Assembly: GCA_002716085.1 (NCBI GenBank)
Contig: PAYZ01000019.1
Coordinates: forward strand, 11,649-75,648
Direction of reading: 5' to 3'
DNA from: Methanobacteriota archaeon
GTDB taxonomy: Archaea; Thermoplasmatota; Poseidoniia; Poseidoniales; Thalassarchaeaceae
Length of the DNA: 64,000 nt
Below are positions 52,655 to 62,111 of this stretch, in pieces; within the stretch, counting starts at the first letter, position 1; each line of letters opens with the position of its first letter. Both the position numbers and the translations under genes were made by a program. The notes beneath the pieces are model-generated. The model did not search any database. It was not told the origin of the DNA and saw only the letters and a program-made list of their open reading frames with translations.

Positions 52655-53845
52655 ATGCATATGGGGGTGCCAATTTCTGAGTTATTACAGGAAGCCACTG
52701 AGTTTGCATTATCCGGAAAAAACGACAATGCAGTGGAAATCTTCGAGAAAGTCGTTTCTATAGACCCAGAAAACGCAAATGCATGGTACTGTTTAGGGGT
52801 ATTGTTGTCAGAATCAGGAAACTTTACTGAAGCAATTCACTCATTTGAGAACTCCGATAAATATTATCCAAACCATGGTCCTACTTTGGTAAATCTAGCA
52901 ATTTTGTTGGAAGACGAAAATCCAGACAAAGCCTCAGAATTAGCCAAATCTGCATTGATTTTTTATCCCGATGACGAAAGACTCAAGGAAATTTACTCAA
53001 TCAAAGAACCTGCCAATAATACCGATAAGCTCTTCGTAAATTCAATTCCGTTACCCGACGACGAATTCGACTTAAATGGATCTCATTCTGAAAGGAACCC
53101 TTCACAAAATGACAAGATTTCAGATGCTCAGGATCTAACATCTCGGGGCGAACATTCTAGCGCTGTATCTATTTGGAAGTCCCTTCTAGAGGATTCGCCC
53201 AATTCATCAGAGGTTTGGAGAGGTTTAGGGGAAGCTCTTCTTTCAGCAGGATTCCCAGACCGAGCTGAACAATGTAGAATCAAGGCGGACATTCTATCAG
53301 ACAAGGAAAATGAATACATTAAGCACGACAATATAGAAGAAATAGATAGTACAGAAGCACTAATACAAGCAGCACAGGACTTAGAGACGATAGATCATGA
53401 TATTCCTGAGCGGGGAGATCTCGAAGAATCACTTGGTTGGTACAATATGGGCATCAACCTAATGAGCGAAGGAAAGAACGATGAGGCAATCTCTAGTTTT
53501 GAAAAAGCAATAGGAGGAAGCCCTGCCGAAGAGCATGATTTCAAAGTTAAGGCCCACAACGGCAGGGGCAATGCTCTGTACAATTCCGGTAGATTTCCCG
53601 AGAGCATTGTTGCCTATCATACAGCTATTTCTATAGATCCTAACAGTGTATCAGGAAGGACTCTTTTCAATATGGGCTCATCATATGCAGCCTTGGAGAT
53701 GTTTGATGATGCAGTGAAGTGCTTCTCACAGGCTCTAGAAAGAGGGCTTGACAAAGATGAGGTTGAGTTATGCGAGAAGCATATTAGCAGGTGCCGGATG
53801 CTTTCGAGAGAGCAGGCAAAGAGGCAATCTAGGATTTCTAGGTAG
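52655..53845 (+). CDS. TPR-repeat protein
   Basis: 396-aa ORF with multiple 34-aa repeats of the 'A...Y..A+..DP.NA.AW..LG' type at both ends. Confidence 0.75.
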   Translation: MHMGVPISELLQEATEFALSGKNDNAVEIFEKVVSIDPENANAWYCLGVLLSESGNFTEAIHSFENSDKYYPNHGPTLVNLAILLEDENPDKASELAKSALIFYPDDERLKEIYSIKEPANNTDKLFVNSIPLPDDEFDLNGSHSERNPSQNDKISDAQDLTSRGEHSSAVSIWKSLLEDSPNSSEVWRGLGEALLSAGFPDRAEQCRIKADILSDKENEYIKHDNIEEIDSTEALIQAAQDLETIDHDIPERGDLEESLGWYNMGINLMSEGKNDEAISSFEKAIGGSPAEEHDFKVKAHNGRGNALYNSGRFPESIVAYHTAISIDPNSVSGRTLFNMGSSYAALEMFDDAVKCFSQALERGLDKDEVELCEKHISRCRMLSREQAKRQSRISR

Positions 53846-56138
53846 AAATTGAAACAACTACAGACTTGCTAGTCGGAGTATTGCTGTATTCAGCTACACT
53901 TTCTAAAGGAATTAGAATGTTTGACTCCGGAAAATATGTGGCAATATTTCCTGGAGGGATGTCATACTCGAAGATATACCAGCCCTCCGAGAAAATAGTT
54001 TTGTCTTTGAAATGAGATGTTAGGTTGACAACCTGTAAATCCTTCCACCCATTAGCATCCATGTCACTCTTGGACATAAACACGACTCTTCTACCCCCCG
54101 AAATCCCCCTATATCGGTCTTCAGTTCCGTATATTGTGGTATTATACTGGTCATGCGATCTTATTGTCATCATAATGAATAACCCATCTCTTGCAATCGT
54201 AGAACTGAGATTGTTTGGAACGAATTTGGCCTTTCCAGATTCCGTATTGAATTCGAGGCTATCTCTTGGGGGGTTGGGTAGATAAAATCCTCCATCTTGT
54301 ACGCATCTAGAATTGTAATCTTCAAAACCGGGTATAGTCTCCTCAATGCAATCTCTAATTCGATTATAATCTTCAGAAAGCCATTTCCATCGTATCCCAG
54401 AATCACCAATAATTTCTTCTAACGATTCAGCAATTCCTGAAACAATAGAAGGCTCTGATAGTATGTTGTTACTTGCAGGCCTAGCTCGCCCTTTAGACAT
54501 GTGAACCACTCCCATAGAATTCTCTACAGTTACGAATTGATTTTTAGTACCAGATCTATCAATTTCGCTACGTCCTAGACACGGAAGTATTAATGCGGTC
54601 TTGCCTGTAATAAGGTGAGAACGATTTGGTTTTGTAGAAATCTGTACAGTAAGTGAACATGAATTGAGTGAGTCTGCAGTGGCCTTAGTATCTGACATCG
54701 CTGAGAGAAAATTCCCACCCATGGACAGAAAAACACAATTTTTGGCTTCTGACATCATTCTTACCGATTCTACAGCATCATAACCTCCTGACCTATTAAG
54801 TGAGATCTGGAACTTAGTTTCAAGAGACTTTAGGAATTCTTCAGAGGGTTTGTGATTTATTCCCACTGTACGATCACCTTGAACGTTAGAGTGGCCGCGA
54901 ACGGGGCAGAGTCCAGAACCAGGATTTCCAATGTGGCCGCAAAGCAAATGAAGATTGGAAATTTCCTGTATAGTAGCAACTGAGTTCTGATGCTGAGTGA
55001 GTCCCATTGCCCAGCATGTGATTACGGACTCAGCTGAACCAATGATTCGCCCAATCCTCCTTATTTCGGAAATCTCTATTCCAGAGATTTCGGAAATCTC
55101 TTCCCATCCTGTGTTTTCAACGATTTTTCTATAATCATCAGACCCTGTTGTGTATCGATGAATGAAATTTGAATCTTCACATTTTGAAGAAAATATCTCC
55201 TTAGCAAAACCTCGAAAGAGTGCCATATCTCCATTAATTCTGACTCTGACATGGTCATCTGCAATTGCTGTACCATAGCCAAATAACTCCAGTGGGTTTT
55301 GTGGATGTTTGAACCTTATCATTCCCTTTTCCTTGAGTGGATTAATGCTAATTATGGATGCTCCGGATTTTTTTGCATCACGTAGCGCAGTCAACATTCT
55401 GGGATGGTTCGTTCCGGGATTTTGACCTACAACAATGATGAGATCTGCCTTTTCGAAGTCTTCTAGTTTGACAGTTCCCTTACCAATTCCTATTGTCTCA
55501 GAAAGAGCAACCCCCGATGATTCATGGCACATATTCGAGCAGTCTGGTAAATTGTTTGTTCCGTAACTTCTTGCTAGAAGCTGCCATAGGAATGCAGCCT
55601 CATTACTAGTCCTTCCAGAAGTGTAGAAAATAGCCTTATCAGAATTTTCGAGCTGAGATAATTCGCCAGCAATTATAGAAAATGCATCTGGCCACAAGAT
55701 GCGTTCATATTTTTCAGATCCTTCACGGAGAATCATTGGATCTGTGATTCTACCTTGGCTATTTAGCCACTGATCACTTTTCTCCGAAAGCTCACTAATG
55801 GTCCACTTTGACCAGAAATTAGGGTCGGCCTTTTTCTTAGTGCCTTCGTCAGCTATTGCTTTAGCCCCATTCTCACAAAATTCGGCAATAGTCCTATTAT
55901 CGTCTGGATCGGGCCAAGCGCATCCAGGGCAATCGAATCCATCAAATTTATTTACTCTAGAGAAACTTGTGATTGAATGAAGAATACCCATTTTAGAAAT
56001 CCCATGCTTTGCTGTTGAAATTATTGCTGGGATTCCTGCTGCAGAATTACCCGCCTTCTTTCTTTTTGGAGGAGTTTGTTCGAGTGGAGTTGATGCCTTT
56101 CCCCCCACTCTCACAATTGTAAGGCAATAACCAACCAT
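53838..56138 (-). CDS. molybdopterin oxidoreductase alpha subunit, FdhF-related YdeP-like family
   Basis: 766-aa ORF. Contains 'FDCPGCAWPDP', 'CSNMCHESSG', 'GQNPGTNHPRM' and 'RGHSNVQGDR'. FdhD is encoded nearby. Confidence 0.85.
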   Translation of the reverse strand: MVGYCLTIVRVGGKASTPLEQTPPKRKKAGNSAAGIPAIISTAKHGISKMGILHSITSFSRVNKFDGFDCPGCAWPDPDDNRTIAEFCENGAKAIADEGTKKKADPNFWSKWTISELSEKSDQWLNSQGRITDPMILREGSEKYERILWPDAFSIIAGELSQLENSDKAIFYTSGRTSNEAAFLWQLLARSYGTNNLPDCSNMCHESSGVALSETIGIGKGTVKLEDFEKADLIIVVGQNPGTNHPRMLTALRDAKKSGASIISINPLKEKGMIRFKHPQNPLELFGYGTAIADDHVRVRINGDMALFRGFAKEIFSSKCEDSNFIHRYTTGSDDYRKIVENTGWEEISEISGIEISEIRRIGRIIGSAESVITCWAMGLTQHQNSVATIQEISNLHLLCGHIGNPGSGLCPVRGHSNVQGDRTVGINHKPSEEFLKSLETKFQISLNRSGGYDAVESVRMMSEAKNCVFLSMGGNFLSAMSDTKATADSLNSCSLTVQISTKPNRSHLITGKTALILPCLGRSEIDRSGTKNQFVTVENSMGVVHMSKGRARPASNNILSEPSIVSGIAESLEEIIGDSGIRWKWLSEDYNRIRDCIEETIPGFEDYNSRCVQDGGFYLPNPPRDSLEFNTESGKAKFVPNNLSSTIARDGLFIMMTIRSHDQYNTTIYGTEDRYRGISGGRRVVFMSKSDMDANGWKDLQVVNLTSHFKDKTIFSEGWYIFEYDIPPGNIATYFPESNILIPLESVAEYSNTPTSKSVVVSIST

Positions 56139-56188
56139 TTCAATATACTGAGAGTCAAGATAATCTTGCCATCCCTCTTCGAGAAGAC

Positions 56189-57139
56189 GTGCCGGAGGGT
56201 TTTCATGTTGTTACGGGCGCATTTGGGTACTCTGGCAGGTGGATTACTAAGGAGCTTATTTCCCGTGGGAAGACTGTCAGAACACTAACTAATGCTGTAG
56301 GGAGGGACGATCCCTTTGATGGCAGAGTCGAAGTTCATCCTCTGGACTTCGAAGACCACTCATCCCTAGTCAACTCCCTTTATGGGGCAGATGTTCTATA
56401 CAACACTTACTGGGTCAGGTACAAAGATGTTAAGGGCGGATATGCACACGATCTGGCTGTAAACAACATCAAGAAGCTATTTCACGCAGCAGAGGAAGCT
56501 GGAGTTAGTAGAATAGTACACTTTTCAGTTGCTCACCCTCATAAGGCTCCTGATTGGAGCTACTTCCAAGGAAAGGTTGAGGTAGAAACCGCACTACAAT
56601 CTTCTTCACTTTCATATGCAATTATTAGGCCAACTGTATTCTTTGGTGGGGACAGGGACGTTCTAATCAACAACATGGCGTGGCTAATTAGGAAATTCCC
56701 TTTGTTCGGAGTTTTCGGTTTTGGGAATTACCCAATCCAGCCTATTCATATTAGTGATGTGGCAAAAGTCTCAGTGGACCAAGGGGAGTCAAAAGAAAAT
56801 ATTATTCTAGATGTCGCTGGTCCTGAGAAATTCAAATACATAGATTATGTTAGGCTCATTGCCAAATCAATTGGGGTTAGGAGAGTGATTATCCCTGTCC
56901 CTCCCATCAGCGCATGGATGGTCGGAAAGTTGGTAGGAATATATCTTGATGACCGCGTTATCACAAGAGCTGAGATTAAGGGATTAATGAATGGACTGAT
57001 GGCAACTGACCAAATACCAGTCGGAAAAATAAAATTCTCTGAGTGGATTTCCAATAATGGAAATACTCTCGGAATAAGATATCAGAATGATATGAAGGAG
57101 CGAAGGTACCACGATCCAAAGAAAAAATTAGAAATTTGA
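56189..57139 (+). CDS. NAD(P)-binding atypical SDR / NmrA-like protein
   Basis: 316-aa ORF with a GTG start. It has the Rossmann motif 'VVTGAFGYSGRWI', plus 'RIVHFS' and 'YAIIRPTVFFG'. Confidence 0.65.
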   Translation: MPEGFHVVTGAFGYSGRWITKELISRGKTVRTLTNAVGRDDPFDGRVEVHPLDFEDHSSLVNSLYGADVLYNTYWVRYKDVKGGYAHDLAVNNIKKLFHAAEEAGVSRIVHFSVAHPHKAPDWSYFQGKVEVETALQSSSLSYAIIRPTVFFGGDRDVLINNMAWLIRKFPLFGVFGFGNYPIQPIHISDVAKVSVDQGESKENIILDVAGPEKFKYIDYVRLIAKSIGVRRVIIPVPPISAWMVGKLVGIYLDDRVITRAEIKGLMNGLMATDQIPVGKIKFSEWISNNGNTLGIRYQNDMKERRYHDPKKKLEI

Positions 57140-58018
57140 GAATCTTCTATGTCCACTATATACTGTAGCAGAATCACTCTTTGCAAAACAGATTAGAGTC
57201 TTGCCATATTCTCTTGCAAGATCTATTGCCATGGTGCTTGGGGCACCTATAGAGGCCATAACTGGAAACCCTGCTCGTATCGATTTCTGCACAAGTTCAA
57301 ATGAAGCTCTACCCGAGACAACCAGAATCATATCTGACAAGGGTATAGAATCATTATTGACGTAGAATCCAACGAGCTTATCCATTGCATTGTGCCGCCC
57401 TACGTCTTCGAAAATCATGCCTATTTGCCCATCTTCTGAGAATGATGCACAAGCGTGTGAACCACCAGTATTAGCAAAAAATGGTTGATTTGGCTTCATA
57501 GTACCTAGGCATTTTGACAATAACTCAATCGAAACCCCAAAACCCTCCTGCAGATCAGGTACGTGCATATGGAGAACATCATCAATAGTGCTCCTGCCAC
57601 AGATCCCACATGCAGATGTAACGGTACTACCTCTACAGTGAATCTCAGGATTAAAGGAAGATGAATCACGTAAAGAAAAGTGTATTGAGTCGACTTCCGA
57701 ATTTATTGACTCTACATCTCTGATTGATTTGATTATTCCTTCTGAATATAACATTCCAATTGCTAGCAGGTCGTCATTGCCACTTGTTCTCATTGTTACT
57801 CCGAGATTGTTGCTCCCGTAATCTGGTGTGGATACAGAAATTGACAGAGATCTTTCTTCAATAACATTGTCACGATCCCTATTGTGAGAGCCCTGTGAAA
57901 TTCTCACAATGTCTCTTGATTCGAAACCACTCACGATACGTGGAGAAGTTACTGATTGATATGTGTGATGTGTAATGAAAGGAACCGTTGAAATACAACT
58001 ATTTGTCCAGCAATTCAT
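57128..58018 (-). CDS. fdhD: formate dehydrogenase accessory sulfurtransferase FdhD
   Basis: Contains 'TSACGICGRSTIDD', 'GGSHACA', 'EDVGRHNAMDKLVG', 'VSGRASFELVQK' and 'GAPSTMAIDLA'. The start is set at the internal Met (58018). The ORF-track start at 58129 would add 37 aa. Confidence 0.85.
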   Translation of the reverse strand: MNCWTNSCISTVPFITHHTYQSVTSPRIVSGFESRDIVRISQGSHNRDRDNVIEERSLSISVSTPDYGSNNLGVTMRTSGNDDLLAIGMLYSEGIIKSIRDVESINSEVDSIHFSLRDSSSFNPEIHCRGSTVTSACGICGRSTIDDVLHMHVPDLQEGFGVSIELLSKCLGTMKPNQPFFANTGGSHACASFSEDGQIGMIFEDVGRHNAMDKLVGFYVNNDSIPLSDMILVVSGRASFELVQKSIRAGFPVMASIGAPSTMAIDLAREYGKTLICFAKSDSATVYSGHRRFSNF

Positions 58019-58403
58019 GGGAATCTTGGGCGGTGAAGGTTTCTCACTCCCAGTTGTCTCAGATACTGAAGTAGTCGATGTAAAGCTAAATTTTTCAGAT
58101 GCTGCAGTAAATGCCCTAAAACACAGCATGAACGGGGATGAGGACTCACACGTTTTGATTATCAGTGCCCAATCTGGTGGCTGTTCTGGTTATATGTATG
58201 ACATGAAGATCGTCGAAGATCCTGGGGATGATGGATTCCAAAGGTTGAACATAGGGGGGATTGGAGTTCTTATTCACAACAAAGATAGCTCCATGCTATC
58301 CGGAATTACCGTGGATTTCAAGGACACGTTGATGGGAGGCGGATTTGAGATAAACAATCCCAATGCCGATAGATCCTGTGGATGCGGGCAATCCTTTGGA
58401 TGA
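58017..58403 (+). CDS. HesB/IscA-family iron-sulfur cluster insertion protein
   Basis: Contains 'GGCSGYMYDM' and the C-terminal 'CGCGQSF'. The start is uncertain (57975 or 58017). Confidence 0.8.
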   Translation: MGILGGEGFSLPVVSDTEVVDVKLNFSDAAVNALKHSMNGDEDSHVLIISAQSGGCSGYMYDMKIVEDPGDDGFQRLNIGGIGVLIHNKDSSMLSGITVDFKDTLMGGGFEINNPNADRSCGCGQSFG

Positions 58404-58412
58404 GGTTGTTTT

Positions 58413-59324
58413 TTGACAGAATCTCTCGACTGTGTAAGGTTTTATCGCATACATAATTCGGCTATCACAGTTCTGAAGGGAACTGATACTATTCCAATTC
58501 TGGATAGGCTCGTGACAACAAGTCTTCAAGGTCTGAAAAACCTTGACAGGATACAGACATTATTCTGTGATGCGAACGGAAGAATAGAGGATTTCTCAAC
58601 AATAATTCCAATCGAAGGGCAGATTCTAATGACTTCGCATTCAGAGACCTCAGAACAAACTAGAAGAAAAATCATTGAAGGAACATCTTGGGATGAGGAT
58701 TGCACAGCATATATTGGAGATGGGGCAATAGTACATTTGTCACTAGTAGGACCTAAAAATGACGACCTTTCTGACCTATTTATTGATGTTGAAAGCCTTT
58801 CAGAATTTTCAGCTTCTGAATTTGGAGATATTCTGATTTCGAAATCGGAATATAATGGCCGGTATGTTGTTGACTTTCTAATCCCAAAAAATGAAATTGA
58901 AGAAGCTTTCTCAAAGCTGGAAGATTTAGGATACGTGCAAAAACCCATTGATTATTGGGATTATTTCCGTATTTCCAACGGTATTCCATCAATCAACGAT
59001 GCAAGGGGAAATCTGCCTAGCGAGTTAGGCCTCTCATCATTAGTAAGCATCGGAAAGGGATGCTATCCGGGTCAGGAGGTACATGCAAGATTGGATAGTA
59101 GGGGCAGTAAAGTAAGATCTATGATTAGAATTATTAGCGATGAGAAAATTAATCTCGGGACCTACAAATCCCCAGAAGTTGGCAATATCAGAATCACCTC
59201 AAATGTTCATAATAATGGTGAATACGCATCCCTGGCAATGTGCAGGATCTTCGAAGATGACATACTAGAAACTTCGCTCACAGATGGTACTAGGGTTACT
59301 CTTGAGACTCTCCCCTTTGACTAA
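58413..59324 (+). CDS. YgfZ/CAF17-type folate-binding protein (GcvT-like)
   Basis: 303-aa ORF with a TTG start. It has the signature 'KGCYPGQEVHARLDSRG'. Confidence 0.78.
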   Translation: MTESLDCVRFYRIHNSAITVLKGTDTIPILDRLVTTSLQGLKNLDRIQTLFCDANGRIEDFSTIIPIEGQILMTSHSETSEQTRRKIIEGTSWDEDCTAYIGDGAIVHLSLVGPKNDDLSDLFIDVESLSEFSASEFGDILISKSEYNGRYVVDFLIPKNEIEEAFSKLEDLGYVQKPIDYWDYFRISNGIPSINDARGNLPSELGLSSLVSIGKGCYPGQEVHARLDSRGSKVRSMIRIISDEKINLGTYKSPEVGNIRITSNVHNNGEYASLAMCRIFEDDILETSLTDGTRVTLETLPFD

Positions 59325-60384
59325 ATGCAGACTCGAAGCTCTCTCCCGAATCAATCCATTCTCTTAGAGTCATTAATGGTATCAATCTAAGTGAGCCTAA
59401 ATTTCTATTGAACAGATATAGCATAGGGCTGAAAACATCATCCATCTGTTCCTGAAATTCCCTTCTTACAATATTTCCCCTATTTCTAAAGAATACAATT
59501 TCCACAGATATTCCAATGATTGTAGCAGTGTACAATACAAGGAGTACACTTATTGAAAATGGCACGGGTTCAATGAGTAAATCGCCAGTCCTAATTTTAG
59601 ATCCGTACATGAGCTGTCTTGAAAGTAAGAAAACAAGCCCTACCCCCACCCAAGGACCTAGCTTTTCGTCTACATACGAATCCATAGGTATGATTCGTCT
59701 ATTTGTCGGATCAGCAAACGTAAGGGTGCTCTCTGTAGCAGCTCTAATTACAGAAATTGCAGATACTAGGATGATGTATACTAATGCGCTTAGAAGGAGT
59801 ACATTTCCAGAGCTTAGAGGAGAATAAGAAACAATAAGATAAGCAAAAAGGCCGAGGAAAACAGTTGTAGGCATTCTATGTATCGATGCTAATACTTTGT
59901 CAAGCTGTTTGGCTCCATCATCAAGTCTGGGTATTCCAATTATTTCCCATCTAGTATAATTCTGTATAACCCTAGCAACCCAAGACAAGATCTTCTTGTC
60001 TATCAGAATCCACTCAAGCAGCCTTAGAAGGGGCATCATTGGCAATGTGATTAGAGCTGCGAAAATACCTACAAGAGGCCATAGGATAAGACTGGGGAAT
60101 AGTAAGAAGTGCTGAATCCTTAATTTGTGTAGAAGATCAGACTCTATCCTAGCTTGCCTATCCGATGATATATGCACCTTCCTAGCCTCTGCATCTAGCT
60201 CAGCTCGGTATCTAATTAGAGGCATGCCTGAATCAAGAACTCTTCTTACTTTCTCTCTATAATCTTCATGTACTGGTTCAATGCCTACCCACCATCGCCA
60301 AGCAAAGGATACTGGAATTGCAAAGAATACAGGCGATACAAGAATTAGAATTGATGTAAACATCGCCTCGTAGTCATCGACCAT
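59296..60384 (-). CDS. polytopic membrane protein, unknown function
   Basis: 362-aa ORF with about 7 hydrophobic helices. No family recognised. Confidence 0.55.
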   Translation of the reverse strand: MVDDYEAMFTSILILVSPVFFAIPVSFAWRWWVGIEPVHEDYREKVRRVLDSGMPLIRYRAELDAEARKVHISSDRQARIESDLLHKLRIQHFLLFPSLILWPLVGIFAALITLPMMPLLRLLEWILIDKKILSWVARVIQNYTRWEIIGIPRLDDGAKQLDKVLASIHRMPTTVFLGLFAYLIVSYSPLSSGNVLLLSALVYIILVSAISVIRAATESTLTFADPTNRRIIPMDSYVDEKLGPWVGVGLVFLLSRQLMYGSKIRTGDLLIEPVPFSISVLLVLYTATIIGISVEIVFFRNRGNIVRREFQEQMDDVFSPMLYLFNRNLGSLRLIPLMTLREWIDSGESFESAFSQRGESQE

Positions 60385-60439
60385 GCTATCCGGTGGAGAC
60401 TAATCACAATAATGAAGCGGTATTCTAATATCGAAAATA

Positions 60440-61036
60440 TCAAAATTTACAATCATCAAAATTCTGCGAAACCGCACTCCAGTCTACGACATTCCACCAA
60501 GAATCAATATAATCTCCTCTTCCTGGTCCGAACTTCTTGTAGTATGCATGCTCCCACACATCAAGTCCAAGAATTGGTATCCCTTCTGATGTCATAAGTG
60601 GGTTATCCTGGTTTCCTGTTGAACAAATTGATAATGTTCCGGAGCTGACGCACAACCAAGCCCATCCACTACCGAATCTGGTCATTGCAGCGTTAGCAAA
60701 TTGCTCCTTCATAGACTCAAATGATCCGAAAGAGTCGTCAATAGCAGCTGCAAGCTTTCCAGTTGGCATTCCCCCCCCATTGGGCCCCATAGTCTTCCAG
60801 AATAAGCAATGATTCCAGTAACCACCGCCATTATTCCTTACAGCTGGATTTTCAAAATGCTCTACAATTAACTCCTCAATTGGCATATCATCCATATCAG
60901 TATCGATTATTGCTGCATTCAACTTAGCAGTATATCCTGCATGATGCTTTGAGTGATGGAGCTCCATCGTCTCAGCGTCAATGTGCGGCTCTAGTTCGTC
61001 GTATCCATAGTCTAATTCAGGTAATTCAAATCCCAT
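60440..61036 (-). CDS. sod: Fe/Mn superoxide dismutase
   Basis: Contains 'FELPELDYGYDELEPHIDAETMELHHSKHH', 'GWAWL' and 'LGLDVWEHAYY'. The start is set at 'MGFELP' (alternatives at 61045 or 61117). Confidence 0.93.
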   Translation of the reverse strand: MGFELPELDYGYDELEPHIDAETMELHHSKHHAGYTAKLNAAIIDTDMDDMPIEELIVEHFENPAVRNNGGGYWNHCLFWKTMGPNGGGMPTGKLAAAIDDSFGSFESMKEQFANAAMTRFGSGWAWLCVSSGTLSICSTGNQDNPLMTSEGIPILGLDVWEHAYYKKFGPGRGDYIDSWWNVVDWSAVSQNFDDCKF

Positions 61037-61128
61037 AATCTTCATTTTCCAATAGGGGCCATTTGATTTCAATACTCCGCATGTCCTACTCTCAAAATGT
61101 TGATGCACATTCTCCACTTGAGTGAGTC

Positions 61129-62103
61129 ATGGCGAAGATTGCTGTAACTGATGGGCTGTCGGATGAAGCTGTAAGAATTTTACAGTCTGCCGGCCATGAA
61201 GTCCATATCAAGCACCATGAACAATCAGAAATTAACAATGGCTCTCTATCTAAATTCGATGCAGTTGTTATCAGGAGTGCCACAAAATTACTTTCTCAAC
61301 AAATCATGGCTTCTGTTTCAGATGACGGTGGAATAAGATTCATCGGCAGGGCAGGTGTAGGAGTTGATAATATCGACATTAATACTGCAACAAAAATGGG
61401 CATTATTGTTTGTAACACACCTGGTGCTTCTACATCAAGCGTCGTAGAGTTAACAATTGGTCATTTACTCGCTTCTACAAGGCATATAGTCACTGCTGAT
61501 AGGACTATGAGAAACGGTGAATGGTCGAAAAAGAGACTCAGGGGCTCTGAAATTGGTGGAAAGAGGCTTGGACTCATTGGCCTAGGGAGAATTTCCAGAG
61601 GTGTGGCACAAATCGCAAGAAGCTTTGGTATGGAAATTCATGCTTACGATCCTTACGTAGAAGAAGTACCAGGTTGGATTACTATGCATGAGGAAGTGGA
61701 TACAATCTTTTCCAGCTGCACGCATATCTCGATACACTGCAATCTAACTGAAGAGACGGCGAATCTCGTGAATTCAAGTCGAATCTCAATGATGCCAGGA
61801 ATAGGTTTGGATGGGACAAAATGCGGCAATCACATCGTCAGCTGTGCAAGAGGTGGAATAGTAGATGAAAATGACTGTTCGGATGCTCTAAGTAATGGTC
61901 AATTATCTAGCCTAGCTCTCGATGTGTTTTCTACTGAACCTCTAATCGAGAGTCCACTAATGAATCACGATGGCTTCCATGGTAGCCCCCATATTGCGGC
62001 ATCTACTCTTGAAGCTCAATCTAGGATTGGAACTGAAATGGCCTCATTAATCATACAGTTTTTCAAAACAGGTAAGACTGATTACTCATTAAATAATGTA
62101 TGA
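61129..62103 (+). CDS. serA: D-isomer-specific 2-hydroxyacid dehydrogenase, D-3-phosphoglycerate dehydrogenase-like
   Basis: 324-aa ORF. Contains 'GRAGVGVDNIDI', 'GLIGLGRISRGVA', 'ARGGIVDE' and 'SPHIAAST'. There is no ACT domain. Confidence 0.8.
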   Translation: MAKIAVTDGLSDEAVRILQSAGHEVHIKHHEQSEINNGSLSKFDAVVIRSATKLLSQQIMASVSDDGGIRFIGRAGVGVDNIDINTATKMGIIVCNTPGASTSSVVELTIGHLLASTRHIVTADRTMRNGEWSKKRLRGSEIGGKRLGLIGLGRISRGVAQIARSFGMEIHAYDPYVEEVPGWITMHEEVDTIFSSCTHISIHCNLTEETANLVNSSRISMMPGIGLDGTKCGNHIVSCARGGIVDENDCSDALSNGQLSSLALDVFSTEPLIESPLMNHDGFHGSPHIAASTLEAQSRIGTEMASLIIQFFKTGKTDYSLNNV

Positions 62104-62111
62104 CTCTTCAA

